Origin: Fidelibacterota bacterium
GTDB taxonomy: Bacteria > Fidelibacterota > Fidelibacteria > Fidelibacterales > DSDE01
Assembly: GCA_046735395.1 (NCBI GenBank)
Contig: JBJKQR010000031.1
Coordinates: 1-46,260, forward strand
Direction: 5' to 3'
Length of the DNA stretch: 46,260 bases
The translations under genes were made by a program, and so were the position numbers. Numbering within the stretch: the first letter of the stretch is position 1; every line of letters starts with the position of its first letter. Shown here piece by piece: positions 7,820 to 18,279 of the stretch. Under the pieces are notes generated by a model. It worked only from the letters and a program-made list of their open reading frames with translations, did not search any database and had not been told where the DNA came from.

Positions 7820-10800
7820 ATGACGATTTTGCATGATTTATACAAAGTGGGAAAGAACAAGTACATCGAGGCCAGCGCCGGTACGGGAAAAACGTTTGTT
7901 CTCTCCAAATATTACTGTGCGATTCTGGATGACTGGTGCCGGAATGGCCGCTATTCCGGGGGAAATCATGAAAATATCCTGGTTCTGACCTATACAAACA
8001 AAGCTGCCGCCGAGATGCGGGAACGGATTTATTCCGATCTCAGGCAGCTGGTTTCCGGCCGGGAACTTGCGGAGATGATGGCCGATTATCCGGGCTTTGC
8101 GCCGACGCTCCGGTCTGAAGATCCGGATATCCGAAAGGCGAATGAAGACCTGCTTCAGCAGTTCGGCCACAATCGGATCATGACCATCGACAGTTTCTGT
8201 GGGCAGATTCTTCGCAGCTATGCTCACCACGCCGGACTCGATCCCCTGTACCGGACCGACGACGGCATTCTGGACATTATGGTGCGGGAAGAGGTGTGGA
8301 GGGATCTGTTCAACCGGGGAAATCAATCCTCTGCCGCAGATCTGCAGACACTTCTGTCCTGGATGTCGGAACGACAGCTTCAGGCAGTATGCAATTTCTT
8401 CTGTGACCATGATGAGGCGCTGATATCCTGGCGCCGGCGGCTGGACTCCATGACCGAAGAGACGCTGAGGAATGATTTTCTGAGACGCTGGACGGATATT
8501 CCGCCGGAGTTTGCCCAGATTCAGGAAAACTTTCTGGACTTAGTGGAAAAAATGGATCCGTTTCGTGATGAGCATGACTGGGTCCGCCAGAATATGGAGC
8601 GTTTTGAGTCCATGGCTCAGGATTTCTACCAGACCCGGGATCAGGGCGCCCGATACCGAAAATTTGTTGCGGATATTCTCCCCCTGTTCCGCAGAAAAAC
8701 GGCGCCGGGTGACTATCTGAAATCCTTCCGAATTGCCGGACTGGACAGTCAGCTGAAATCGGATCTCAATGCTTTTCTGGATTATTTGAGGACGACGCTG
8801 CCGCTCGAATTGACCGGACGCTGTCCGGATCAGGCGGATGAGGACCGATTCAGGGTGATTTATCCGCTTCGCCGAATTGCCGACGAGTTTGTGCTGAGGG
8901 TGAAAATGCAGCGTGAGGCCCGGAATTATCTGAGCTTCTCGGATATCATTCAAAAAACAGAAAAACTCCTCAGGGAGCGTCAGGATATACGGGAAGAGCT
9001 TCATGAACAGTATCGCCATATCCTGGTTGATGAATTTCAGGATACGAATGACATCCGCTGGAATATTATCCGCATGATTGCCGATCCCCGGGATGGGCGG
9101 CGTTTTGAGGGACTGTTTATCGTGGGTGATAAGAAACAGTCCATTTACCGTTTTCAGAATGCGGATGTAAAAGTGATGTCGCGGGTGAGAAAACTGCTGA
9201 ATCGGAATGAGAATCAGGATCAGAGTGAGTTTCATGATCTCCTGGTCAATTTTCGTTCGTCCTCGCGTTATATGAATGAGGTGATCAATCCGTTGTTCAG
9301 TTGTCTGATGGCGGAGGCTCCGGAGCGAATTGCCGACTACGAGACGTCATTTATAACGGGACAGGTGCGTGCGGCGTCCGAGTCAGACCCGTCCGGCAAG
9401 GCGCTGCATTTTCATATTGATCATTCCGGGGATGATCCGGCTGCCGAGGTGAGAAATTGTATTACTGCGGTTCGGGAAGCCCTGGCCTGGTGTCACGAAA
9501 ACGGCATTACGCAGCCGGAGGGTGGCGGCCCTTTGGTCGCGGTTCTGCTGCCGACTTTCACAAAAATCGCCGAATACCAGCAGCTATTCCGGGAAGCCGG
9601 ACTCTCCTATTCCGTCGTGTCCGGAAAGGGTTTCTGGTCCGGGCAGGAGGTTCGTGATATCTTTCATCTTCTGGGTGTGCTGCTGAATCCCGGGGATGAC
9701 ATGAGCCTGATCGGATTGCTTCGCTCTCCGCTTCTGCTCTGTTCCGATTCCGAGATTCAGGAATTGATGACAACGGATCCGGAGCTTCGCCTCGTGGACC
9801 GCATCCGGCGTTCGGAAAAGATCCGGGATGTGGGCGAGCGGCTGGCGCGCTGGCTGGCGCTCCGGGATGAAAAACCCCTGCACGAAGTATTGACGGACAT
9901 TTTTTCTGAAACAGAATTCGAGCTGGGATACATTGCGGAAATCAACGGGCGCCAACGGTTGGAAAATCTGGAAAAACTCCGCCTCATCCTTCTGGAGCAG
10001 AGTCTTCAGGGAAAATCTACGGCAGAGCTGCATGCCTTTATGGAAGAGCGGATGCTGTATGATAAGGACAGCGCTCAGGCTGAAATTCCAGGCCGTCATG
10101 AGGTGCAGATCATGACGATCCATAAGTCAAAGGGGCTGCAGTTTCCCGTTGTGGTGCTTCCCAGTCTGCAGGGCCGGTGGAAACGGAACGGGAACAGCAT
10201 CGGCCTTTATGACCGGGAAGGTGAATCCGATTTATTCTTTCCGCTGGAGCCGGTTAAGGGCCGGCAGATTCCCAGTCGACTTTTTGACAGCCTGAAGGCT
10301 CAGGTGACGGCAGAAGAGGATGCAGAACGGCTGCGGCTCCTGTATGTGGCCCTGACCCGGGCAAAATACCGCAGTCACATTCTGTTGCGATTTGACGGGA
10401 AAAAACCCTATCGCGACAGTTGGTACGGCCGCTTTTTTCATGAAACTGTTTTTGGCCTGGAAGGAACGGAGAAGGCGGATTTTGAAGGGCTGGCGGAACG
10501 ATTCCCGAATTATGAATTTCATTTTTCCGTATCTGATGCAGATGCCCGGGACAAGGTGGATGATGGTCCGGACGTGGTTTTGCCATGGAGAAGCTGGTCT
10601 CCTCCGGAATTCCCCGTCTTTCCCCGTCGGTCCCTCACGCCCCATGATCTCATGGAAGGGGCGGCCCGGACAGGATTAAGTTCAGACTCCACCGTGTCGG
10701 ACGATTTCGGCCGACAATTCGGAATCCTGTTTCACAAAGTCATGGAAAAAGGCTGGTGGCAAACCTTTTCGCTGAGCTCAGATGCGGAATCATGGCTTCG

Positions 10801-13800
10801 AAAATCCTTTCCATCCTCTCTGCAGCGGCGCATGATCACTGAATTGGAGCGGCAGCTGGAAATTCTGAGAGACAGTCCCCTGGCTCCCGTTCTCCTGTCG
10901 CTGGATCCGCGGCATGTTTACAATGAACTGCCGCTTTCGGGGCAGATCGAAAACGAAAACGAAACATTTGACGTACAGGGCGTCGCGGATCTCCTGTATT
11001 ACTCCGAGGGCCGCTGGGTTGTTCTCGATTTCAAATCGGACTCCGGAATGCAGAATTTAGATGCCTATCGGATACAGATCCGGGCTTATCAATGGCTGCT
11101 GAAGACCGCCTTCGGCCTGGTTTGTGACGGACAGATCTATTTCAGCGCGCTGGGGGAACTGGTGTCGGTGGCATCGTCGGATCCGAGTACGGAGGATCTT
11201 TTCGGTCCGGGATTCCATGTCTGCTATCCGGCCTGCAGCGCCCGGGACGAAGCGCTTTTTGCGCCACTGAGAGAAGGGGGAGAAAATCCTGTCCTGATTC
11301 TTCATCCCACGCGTGAGGCCGCCCGGGAATGCAGCCTGAAAATGTCCGGAGCGGGACTGAACCATCCCCGCATCATTCATCGGACCTTTGCCCAGTTTCT
11401 GCTGGCGGAGAGTGAGGACCGAAAGCGACTGACGCCCCTCAGTTCCGAACTTCTCACCCGTGCCGCCCTGGAAGAGGGGAATATCGCCTTTCGGCCCGGG
11501 GCCGTTCAGCTTCTGTCCGAAGCCCTGATTCAGGCGGAGGAAGAAGACCGGGAACTACTGCCGGAAGGGCAGGAGATTCTCCCGGGCTATCAGGCTCGGA
11601 AAGCGGCTCTGGAACTCTTTAATGATCGGGAACTTGCCCGGGCGATCCGTTTTGAGGACTATGGGAATTTCACGGTCATTCTCAATGGATTCTGGCAGAC
11701 GAAAAGCCGGGACCGGATCATCGTGCAGGGTTTGATGGCCTCCGCCCGAGCCTTTCACTATTGCGGTGAAAATCCGCCGTATATGACCGATGATTTGAAT
11801 ACGATACCTCTCTCGCCGGATTGGAAGCCCGCCGAAAATATGGTCTTTAATCCGCCGCTTCCCTACCGACTGTTTGCAAATCCGGCCGAGGAGCTGGAAG
11901 CCATTGCCGAAGATATTCTGAGCGAGGTCAGGAGAGATCCCCGTATTCCGCTGAGGCTGATCATCGCAGATTTTACGGCCTATCTTCCCGTTGTCCGCCG
12001 CGTTCTGGAAAACTTTGGCATTCCCTGGTACAGCCCGCGCAATCCGAATCTTCTGGTTCACCCGCTCGGGATTCTATTTCGCCAGGTTTCGGAACTCCTG
12101 TCTGCCGGAACGGCCATTTCGTGGATAACGATAAAATCGGTATTCTCCTCATCCCTGTTAAACAATCCGATGGATCTGGATGCCCTGGATATTTTTGTGA
12201 GGGCCCGGTCTCTGAAGACTTGGAGGGATGTGAGCTATGCGGCCGGAAGGGAGGATGCGGAGGCCCGGGTGCGGCAGTCCGTTCTGCGGATTACACGACG
12301 TCTGGATGCGCTGGGAGTGGCCGGGTCCGGAAGCCCCTTTCGACTGGCCGACCGTCTCCGGCAATTTGCAGCGGATCAGCTGAATACGCGGAAACTGCAG
12401 GCGATCGATGAGGGAGAAGCGGTGCTTCTTTCAATTCTGGAAATCATTGACCTGATTGCCGAACAGATCCGGCTCACCGGAGTGGAAGGCCCGCCACGGC
12501 TCTTCAGCGATCTGCTTATCTCGGAGCTCAGAAGCGGTGAATACCGGAATTCCGCCCTGCGTGCCGGCGTGGAAGTCACGTCATTGCTCAATTCAGCCGC
12601 TCTTCCCGGTGGCAAGACCTGGATCTGCGGCGTAAATAACGGCGCCGTACCGCCACTGCCCCGCGGCAATCTCTTCCTGAAAAATGAGAACCGTTCCCAT
12701 ATTCTGCTGAATTACCGGATGCTGAAGGCTCTGGCAGCTCCCGGCCAATTCTGCCGACTCAGCTGCTGCCGGGAAAACATGGCCGGAGCGGCCCTGGATA
12801 TTTCACCGTTTCTCCTAACCGGCAGGGGGAACCGGTCCTTTGAGCGACAGCAGATAAGCCGGATGGACAGAATTTACGCGGCCCGGGGACGCCGGCTGCA
12901 GTCTGAGGATCCGCGGCTGTCCCGCGTGATCGAACGTCATAATCATCTGACGGCCGGCGACCGCAGCCATCCTTTTTCCGGATTGTGTGAAACAGGGGTG
13001 CCTGCCGCCCTGAATCTTTCGGCAAAACGGCTGAACCAGATTCTGGCCTGCCGGCAGAAATACTGGTATGGGAATGTGCTGCATCTGCAGAATCCTCAGG
13101 AACAGGTTACGCAACAGGCTTCCACAATCATTGGAAAAATGGTGCATGATCTGCTGGATGTGTTCGCAAAACGGGGAGGATACGATCTGGATACACTCGC
13201 AGAGGCGGAAGTGCTGATGAGCGGCTGTATCTCGGAAAAGGAAAGCCAATTGCCGGAGGCGCTTCTGAACGAAGCTGTTTTTCGCCGGAACTGGCGACAG
13301 TATTGTTCCCGCGATGGGCAGAAGGGACTGATATTCAAATTACTGGAACTGCACTTCTCAAATTTCAGAGAATTTCACTTTATGGATTCGGAGTGGACGT
13401 TCGGTACGGATCCGCGACTGCCTGTTCCTGCACTCGGACCCGATGTAAGCATCAACGGAACACTTGACAAGATGCTTGAAAATCAGGCGCTGGGAATTGT
13501 CTATGTCGGCGATATCAAGACGGGAAAATGCAGGCTTCCGGATCTTCCGCAGGCAAATCTGGAAGGACAGTTGCTGCTGTATTACCTCGCGTTGAAATCC
13601 ATTCTTCCTAAAGATAAAAAGATCATTCTGGCCTATGAACAGATCAAATCATTCCGCAGCGGGGAAACGCGGATTACAAAATTTCTGGGAGACCGCTGTT
13701 CCTATACGGAAAAGGGAATCATACTGGATGATCCCGACTCGGAAACGGCAATCGACAAGTATGTCGAGGCCTGGGCCCGGGATATGGACCGGCTGCGGGA

Positions 13801-13924
13801 TGGGGATTTTTCACTTACGGAAAAAGCAGTGAAGGATGCCTGCGCCTACTGTCCCTATGACGCAATCTGCAGACGGGACAGTCTGCTCCTTCCCCTTGAG
13901 GATGATGAAAATGCCGATGATTGA
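7820..13924 (+). CDS. Single-polypeptide AddA-AddB-like helicase-nuclease fusion
   Basis: UvrD motifs EASAGTGKT, LTYTNKAAAEM, DEFQDT, GDKKQSIYRF, NFRS, MTIHKSKGLQF and LYVALTRAK. Nuclease 1: GILFH, ELPL, GVADLL, DFKS, QIRAY. Then an AddB-like region and nuclease 2: C-RQKY, GKMVH, SEW, GTLDK, DIKTG, QLLLY, CAYCPYDAIC. Confidence 0.88.
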   Translation: MTILHDLYKVGKNKYIEASAGTGKTFVLSKYYCAILDDWCRNGRYSGGNHENILVLTYTNKAAAEMRERIYSDLRQLVSGRELAEMMADYPGFAPTLRSEDPDIRKANEDLLQQFGHNRIMTIDSFCGQILRSYAHHAGLDPLYRTDDGILDIMVREEVWRDLFNRGNQSSAADLQTLLSWMSERQLQAVCNFFCDHDEALISWRRRLDSMTEETLRNDFLRRWTDIPPEFAQIQENFLDLVEKMDPFRDEHDWVRQNMERFESMAQDFYQTRDQGARYRKFVADILPLFRRKTAPGDYLKSFRIAGLDSQLKSDLNAFLDYLRTTLPLELTGRCPDQADEDRFRVIYPLRRIADEFVLRVKMQREARNYLSFSDIIQKTEKLLRERQDIREELHEQYRHILVDEFQDTNDIRWNIIRMIADPRDGRRFEGLFIVGDKKQSIYRFQNADVKVMSRVRKLLNRNENQDQSEFHDLLVNFRSSSRYMNEVINPLFSCLMAEAPERIADYETSFITGQVRAASESDPSGKALHFHIDHSGDDPAAEVRNCITAVREALAWCHENGITQPEGGGPLVAVLLPTFTKIAEYQQLFREAGLSYSVVSGKGFWSGQEVRDIFHLLGVLLNPGDDMSLIGLLRSPLLLCSDSEIQELMTTDPELRLVDRIRRSEKIRDVGERLARWLALRDEKPLHEVLTDIFSETEFELGYIAEINGRQRLENLEKLRLILLEQSLQGKSTAELHAFMEERMLYDKDSAQAEIPGRHEVQIMTIHKSKGLQFPVVVLPSLQGRWKRNGNSIGLYDREGESDLFFPLEPVKGRQIPSRLFDSLKAQVTAEEDAERLRLLYVALTRAKYRSHILLRFDGKKPYRDSWYGRFFHETVFGLEGTEKADFEGLAERFPNYEFHFSVSDADARDKVDDGPDVVLPWRSWSPPEFPVFPRRSLTPHDLMEGAARTGLSSDSTVSDDFGRQFGILFHKVMEKGWWQTFSLSSDAESWLRKSFPSSLQRRMITELERQLEILRDSPLAPVLLSLDPRHVYNELPLSGQIENENETFDVQGVADLLYYSEGRWVVLDFKSDSGMQNLDAYRIQIRAYQWLLKTAFGLVCDGQIYFSALGELVSVASSDPSTEDLFGPGFHVCYPACSARDEALFAPLREGGENPVLILHPTREAARECSLKMSGAGLNHPRIIHRTFAQFLLAESEDRKRLTPLSSELLTRAALEEGNIAFRPGAVQLLSEALIQAEEEDRELLPEGQEILPGYQARKAALELFNDRELARAIRFEDYGNFTVILNGFWQTKSRDRIIVQGLMASARAFHYCGENPPYMTDDLNTIPLSPDWKPAENMVFNPPLPYRLFANPAEELEAIAEDILSEVRRDPRIPLRLIIADFTAYLPVVRRVLENFGIPWYSPRNPNLLVHPLGILFRQVSELLSAGTAISWITIKSVFSSSLLNNPMDLDALDIFVRARSLKTWRDVSYAAGREDAEARVRQSVLRITRRLDALGVAGSGSPFRLADRLRQFAADQLNTRKLQAIDEGEAVLLSILEIIDLIAEQIRLTGVEGPPRLFSDLLISELRSGEYRNSALRAGVEVTSLLNSAALPGGKTWICGVNNGAVPPLPRGNLFLKNENRSHILLNYRMLKALAAPGQFCRLSCCRENMAGAALDISPFLLTGRGNRSFERQQISRMDRIYAARGRRLQSEDPRLSRVIERHNHLTAGDRSHPFSGLCETGVPAALNLSAKRLNQILACRQKYWYGNVLHLQNPQEQVTQQASTIIGKMVHDLLDVFAKRGGYDLDTLAEAEVLMSGCISEKESQLPEALLNEAVFRRNWRQYCSRDGQKGLIFKLLELHFSNFREFHFMDSEWTFGTDPRLPVPALGPDVSINGTLDKMLENQALGIVYVGDIKTGKCRLPDLPQANLEGQLLLYYLALKSILPKDKKIILAYEQIKSFRSGETRITKFLGDRCSYTEKGIILDDPDSETAIDKYVEAWARDMDRLRDGDFSLTEKAVKDACAYCPYDAICRRDSLLLPLEDDENADD

Positions 13925-13933
13925 AAGCTGATT

Positions 13934-14311
13934 TTACAGAGTCCGGCCGATATAAAAAGCGCCGATAACCGCGGTTAGACCCAGCAGCAGCTGCAGCAGA
14001 ATATTGCCGGCGGCTATGAGTATGCCCTGGTCACGGTAGAGAAAAAAAGTTTCGAGACTGAAGGTGGAAAAGGTTGTGAATGCGCCGAGAAAACCGGTGG
14101 TGATGAAATAGCGCATTTCCATGGAGAGATTCCCGCGGGACTGAAGGAGGCCGGCCGCCAGGCCGATCAGAAACGCACCGAGCACATTTACGGTGAGGGT
14201 TCCGATCGGAAAGGCCGTAGCGGGAAGGAGCCGGTGGGCGCTGACCGAAAAGATGTGGCGGAAGACTGCTCCCAGAAAACCGCCGATACCGATGTACATC
14301 CATGTTTGCAT
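13934..14311 (-). CDS. crcB: Fluoride channel CrcB/Fluc
   Basis: GGFLGAVFR, FPIGTLTVNVLG and TGFLGAFTTFSTFSLE motifs. Confidence 0.95.
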   Translation of the reverse strand: MQTWMYIGIGGFLGAVFRHIFSVSAHRLLPATAFPIGTLTVNVLGAFLIGLAAGLLQSRGNLSMEMRYFITTGFLGAFTTFSTFSLETFFLYRDQGILIAAGNILLQLLLGLTAVIGAFYIGRTL

Positions 14312-14319
14312 GAGGGGCT

Positions 14320-14348
14320 ATTGTATAGAAATATCCCGTTCCGGTCAA
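14320..14348 (-). promoter_or_regulatory. Sigma70-type promoter giving a near-leaderless crcB mRNA
   Basis: TTGACC-17 bp-TACAAT, 8 nt before the ATG, with no SD. Confidence 0.65.
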
Positions 14349-14371
14349 GGGAAATCTATGACAGTCATCTC

Positions 14372-17209
14372 CTATTTAAGATACAGACACCGGCCTGTCA
14401 AAGAATTATGACCGTCGGAGATACGATAAAAATAGATTCCGCTCGACAGATTGACGGGGGTCCAGTGGTAGGAATTTTCACCTTCCGGATAGCTGCCGCG
14501 GCTTTCGTCCACGCGCTGGCCGCTGATATCCCAGAAGACAAAATGCAGCGTCGTGGCGGAGGGGAGCTGAAAGAGCAGATTGGTGGAAGGATTGAAGGGA
14601 TTGGGATAATTGCCGATCAGGCGGAAGCTGCGGGCTGAGGCGACGGGATGATCGTTCACAGCGGTGAGCGTATTTCCGGCGGTCACTTCAAATTCATCCA
14701 CCATATATGCGGCCGCGTCATTGCTTCCCGTGCCGCTGCTGGTGTAGAGGACGGCAAGGTGACAGGTTTCATTTCCGAGCCAGGCGGACAGGTCTTCATC
14801 GAATTCGTACCAACCGGTCCAGGATGAGATACCGGCGCAGGCAAAATCTTCCAGCTTCACCCAGCTGACGGCATCGGGATTTGAGATGTCCGAATCGGTG
14901 GTGATATAGATCGCCAGCGCATCTCCGGTATAACGGCGGTTTATCCAGCCCCGGAAGGTTGCCGTATCGCAGCCGGCGAGTGAAAAAGAGGGCGAAATGA
15001 GCCAGTCGCGTGAAGCTGTATCCGCGCCGTAACCATTGATATAGGCGGCGGTTGCGGACATCCGGGCGCCTCCGGTCTGGGTGTCGAGTGTCCAATCCTT
15101 ATTGCTGGCGCTTGAGACCGTACTCCAGTCTCCCCAGCCGCTTTCAAAATTCTGCTCCACGATGACGGGAATTTCCTCAGGCTCGGGCGTAACCGAGCCG
15201 GTGTCCGGTATGCCGGGTGCGAACTGATAGTCGGCGAGGACCGGGAGGTGGTCGGAAAAATTAATCAGGGCAATGCCGAGCTCAGGGCTTGCGGCGGGAT
15301 TTGGCTGAGTCAGCACGGAGCCGTTGTAGCGGTTTCCGTCATTGCCGACGACCTTGAAACTCTGCGGAACCAGTGTAATTCCGGCACTGTCTTCCACTTC
15401 CGGACTGTGCAGGATAAAATCGAAACGGGTATCGAGCTGGGATGCGGACCAGCTGTGTACATCGGCGAAGGCGCTGTTTCCATCCCATTCTCCTTCCCGG
15501 TGCGGGGCATCGAAGAGCCGGCCGCTGTTATCGGCCTGGGTTCCGGTGAGATTCTGCCAGCCCTGCTCGGAAGCATTCAGCATATTGAAATCTCCCACGA
15601 CGAAAAAAGGAAGTGTATCCGGCAGAGATGTCAGGTACTGTCGGAGGGCCAATGCCTGGGCGGCCCGGGTGGCAATATTCGGATCGTTGTTCGTATAATC
15701 GTTGGCTTTCAGATGCAGTCCGAGGATCAGAAATTCACGACCGTAGGCCTTGTCCTTCAGCCGTGCTTCAAAGGCATCCCGCAGCCCGGAGCTGGACGAA
15801 ATATTCACGGTCCGGCTGCTTTTCAGATCAAAGAGATCCCTGCGATAAAATAAGCCGATATCCTGTGTCGCACTCTGGTTGATCCAGATGCCGGCGTATT
15901 CCGGATTTACCCGGGCAAATACGGAATCCCGAAGAACTTCGAATCCCTGATTGCTCTCATGGACTTCACAGAGCATGAGCAGATCCGGGGCTGTGGCGGA
16001 TACGATGGTCCGCAGATAGGGATTCCGGCTGTTGTCTCCGGGGAAACTCTCTCCGTAATTTTCCGTATTGTAGGCCATGATGCGGTAAGGGCCCCGGCTG
16101 AGTTCCGGTACAATGTAAAGCAATTCGGCCGAAGGGACTTCGCCGCCGGCTGTGAGGGAGTGAACGCTGATGTGCAGCGTATCGCCGCCATGGAGATTGG
16201 TGAGCGGGCAGGAAGTGGCGTTTGCCGGCAGTTCTTCCGTAAGGACAGTGTTGGTGTAAATGCGGTACCCGCTTTCATTGTCCGCCACATCATCCCAGGT
16301 CAGAAGCGGAGCTGTCGGGTCGCTGTCATCCAGGCTGAGATTGACGGGCGCCGGTGCCAGATCGCCCCAGATGAGCCCCGCATACCAGGGAAAATCGATA
16401 AAGGGGTTGCGGTTTCCCTGAATGGAATATACCGCTTCATTGCGCTGTATTTCCTTTTCGCTGACCGGATCCTCCTCCGCCCAGGTCTTCAGCATGGCCA
16501 GGGCCCAGGGTTTGGGCTGGGATCCGTTCACCATGTCCGATCCGGGCCAGGAGCTGTCTTCACTGTAGTAGCGGGTGGCCATGTAGAAATAGGTCCGGGC
16601 GAAATCGCCCTTATAGGCATCAATGGGTTCGTACACCGTTCCGCTGTAGCCGGAGACACTGCAGGGGCCCAGCTTGCTTCCGTTCAGAAAGGTCCTGGAC
16701 GGATTGCCCGTCTCACCGAAGGGATAATTGCTGCGCTGATTGTTGACATATTTGTCCGTGGGATAGAGATGAAACAGGTCCGTATAACAGGGCAGGGAGG
16801 AGCTGCCGCCCCACCAGGCCTTGGGAAAACTGTGTTCCCGGTTATAGTATTCGCCTTCGCTGGTGCCGCCGCTGCCGCCGTCCTGATTGACGACAAAGGT
16901 AAATTCGTAGGGCGCCGTCCCGTCGCCGTAGCCGGAATACATATCCCAGACTTTTCCGTTGGCTTTTTTGTCCGTTGTCTGAAAATGGGTCCACAGTGAG
17001 GTATACGTTTGTACTGTCTGTCCGGAAATGATCCCGTGGAGGGCGCTCTGGAGGGTTTCGCCGTGTTTTCCCGAGGCTCCGGCATAGTAAGCGTCCGGGA
17101 TGCCGGCCGCGAGGAGAACGGGAAGGAGCAGAATGACCGAAACGGCCAGCCGTGTCCTCGTCAGAGCGTCAGATAGTTTATTGAAAAAATAATCCTTCTG
17201 TCTTTTCAA
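14372..17209 (-). CDS. Secreted multidomain nuclease: endonuclease I + FN3-like + EEP + beta-sandwich + T9SS-type C-terminal domain
   Basis: Hydrophobic signal-like N-terminus. Endonuclease I motifs: NREHSFP, DLFHLYP, KGDFAR, QGNRNPFID. EEP motifs: YNTEN, HLKA, GDFN, RFDFIL, SDHLPV. Also DWLISP and a C-terminal NYPNPFNPST...SSGIYFYR...YLK. Confidence 0.85.
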   Translation of the reverse strand: MKRQKDYFFNKLSDALTRTRLAVSVILLLPVLLAAGIPDAYYAGASGKHGETLQSALHGIISGQTVQTYTSLWTHFQTTDKKANGKVWDMYSGYGDGTAPYEFTFVVNQDGGSGGTSEGEYYNREHSFPKAWWGGSSSLPCYTDLFHLYPTDKYVNNQRSNYPFGETGNPSRTFLNGSKLGPCSVSGYSGTVYEPIDAYKGDFARTYFYMATRYYSEDSSWPGSDMVNGSQPKPWALAMLKTWAEEDPVSEKEIQRNEAVYSIQGNRNPFIDFPWYAGLIWGDLAPAPVNLSLDDSDPTAPLLTWDDVADNESGYRIYTNTVLTEELPANATSCPLTNLHGGDTLHISVHSLTAGGEVPSAELLYIVPELSRGPYRIMAYNTENYGESFPGDNSRNPYLRTIVSATAPDLLMLCEVHESNQGFEVLRDSVFARVNPEYAGIWINQSATQDIGLFYRRDLFDLKSSRTVNISSSSGLRDAFEARLKDKAYGREFLILGLHLKANDYTNNDPNIATRAAQALALRQYLTSLPDTLPFFVVGDFNMLNASEQGWQNLTGTQADNSGRLFDAPHREGEWDGNSAFADVHSWSASQLDTRFDFILHSPEVEDSAGITLVPQSFKVVGNDGNRYNGSVLTQPNPAASPELGIALINFSDHLPVLADYQFAPGIPDTGSVTPEPEEIPVIVEQNFESGWGDWSTVSSASNKDWTLDTQTGGARMSATAAYINGYGADTASRDWLISPSFSLAGCDTATFRGWINRRYTGDALAIYITTDSDISNPDAVSWVKLEDFACAGISSWTGWYEFDEDLSAWLGNETCHLAVLYTSSGTGSNDAAAYMVDEFEVTAGNTLTAVNDHPVASARSFRLIGNYPNPFNPSTNLLFQLPSATTLHFVFWDISGQRVDESRGSYPEGENSYHWTPVNLSSGIYFYRISDGHNSLTGRCLYLK

Positions 17210-17283
17210 AATAATCCTTCCTTGTTTCTTCTATGGGTCTAAAGATAATCAGTTACAGTCACAAAATGGCTCACACTCCCGGC

Positions 17284-17658
17284 TCAGGCAAGTTTCTTCA
17301 CGAACCAGTCATCCAGCTCTCCGGGATCCGTTGAGATAAAGACTTCGGATTGATCGGATTCGCAGAATACAGAGAAAACGCGGGCAAGTCCGAAATGCAA
17401 GGCATCCTCCACAAGGATTCCGATTTTCATGTGTCGGCCCTGATGGCCATGGCAGATCCGGCGGGCGAATTCCCGCAGCTCGTCATGAGATCGGGATTCC
17501 TGACTGCGGCTCACATCAATGAGAATTCCGACAACAGAATGCTCCGGTTTCCATTCCCGGTATCCCCGGGAAACCAGCTCAAGCTGCTCAGACAGAGAAA
17601 AGCGCCCCTCAAACCGAAAGGTGATTTTTACTCCGTCTATGTGGTAGTGGATTGACAT
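17284..17658 (-). CDS. Hypothetical protein, SpoIIAA/STAS-SEC14-like
   Basis: 124 aa with ATG start; pattern ILIDVS...KIGILV..ALHFGLARVF...W. Confidence 0.55.
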   Translation of the reverse strand: MSIHYHIDGVKITFRFEGRFSLSEQLELVSRGYREWKPEHSVVGILIDVSRSQESRSHDELREFARRICHGHQGRHMKIGILVEDALHFGLARVFSVFCESDQSEVFISTDPGELDDWFVKKLA

Positions 17659-17742
17659 TCGCCGGCCTGCGCTTTATGAAAGTTAGAAAAACTTTTGGAC
17701 AATCGGTAATAAAAAGACGGGAGCGGGCCGCGGAGCATCCGT

Positions 17743-18279
17743 TCAGCTGCGGTGAAAGAGCCGGTCCAGTCGCTGACTGAAGGCATCGAAGACTTCCTCA
17801 TCGAAAAGGATGAAACTTACGGTCTTCAGGCTGGTATTACCGAGCATGGCATCCATGGCGGTTTGCAGCTGAATCCGTGCCGCATCATAGATGCTGAAAT
17901 GCCCCACACCGGTACCGAGTGCCGGAATGGCCAGGGTTTCCGCCTTCAGATCTCCGGCCGTCTTCATAATATTTGTCATCGCTCTGGTCAGAATCTGTTC
18001 ATCGGTTTTCAGGTCCTGTCCCATGACCGCGGCGTGAATGACATGTCTGCAGTCAAGCTTTCCCGGGCCGGTTACAATACATTCTCCCGGTTCGACCGGG
18101 CCCTTTGCCATGGCTTCCCGTTCGATCTCTTCTCCGCCCTGCCTTTTCAGAGCGCCGGCCACACCGGATCCCATCCAGAAATGATTATTGGCGGCATTGA
18201 CCAGGATGTCCTGCTTCTGCCGGGAAATATCACCCCTGATCAGAACCAGTTCCCGGCTCCCGATTTTCACTTTCTTCAT
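17743..18279 (-). CDS. Macro-domain (ADP-ribose binding/hydrolase) protein
   Basis: GDIS, DILVNAAN, MGSGVAGAL, VIHAA and IPALGTGVG motifs. Confidence 0.92.
   Translation of the reverse strand: MKKVKIGSRELVLIRGDISRQKQDILVNAANNHFWMGSGVAGALKRQGGEEIEREAMAKGPVEPGECIVTGPGKLDCRHVIHAAVMGQDLKTDEQILTRAMTNIMKTAGDLKAETLAIPALGTGVGHFSIYDAARIQLQTAMDAMLGNTSLKTVSFILFDEEVFDAFSQRLDRLFHRS

Noticed and set aside
13020..13870. Cas4 gene
   Set aside because: The four-Cys RecB-like nuclease is the C-terminal domain of the AddAB fusion, and there is no CRISPR context.
14312..14372. Fluoride riboswitch upstream of crcB
   Set aside because: GGAGATG is present, but the conserved pseudoknot and CUGAUG elements are not. 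A promoter sits right next to the ATG, leaving no room for a leader.
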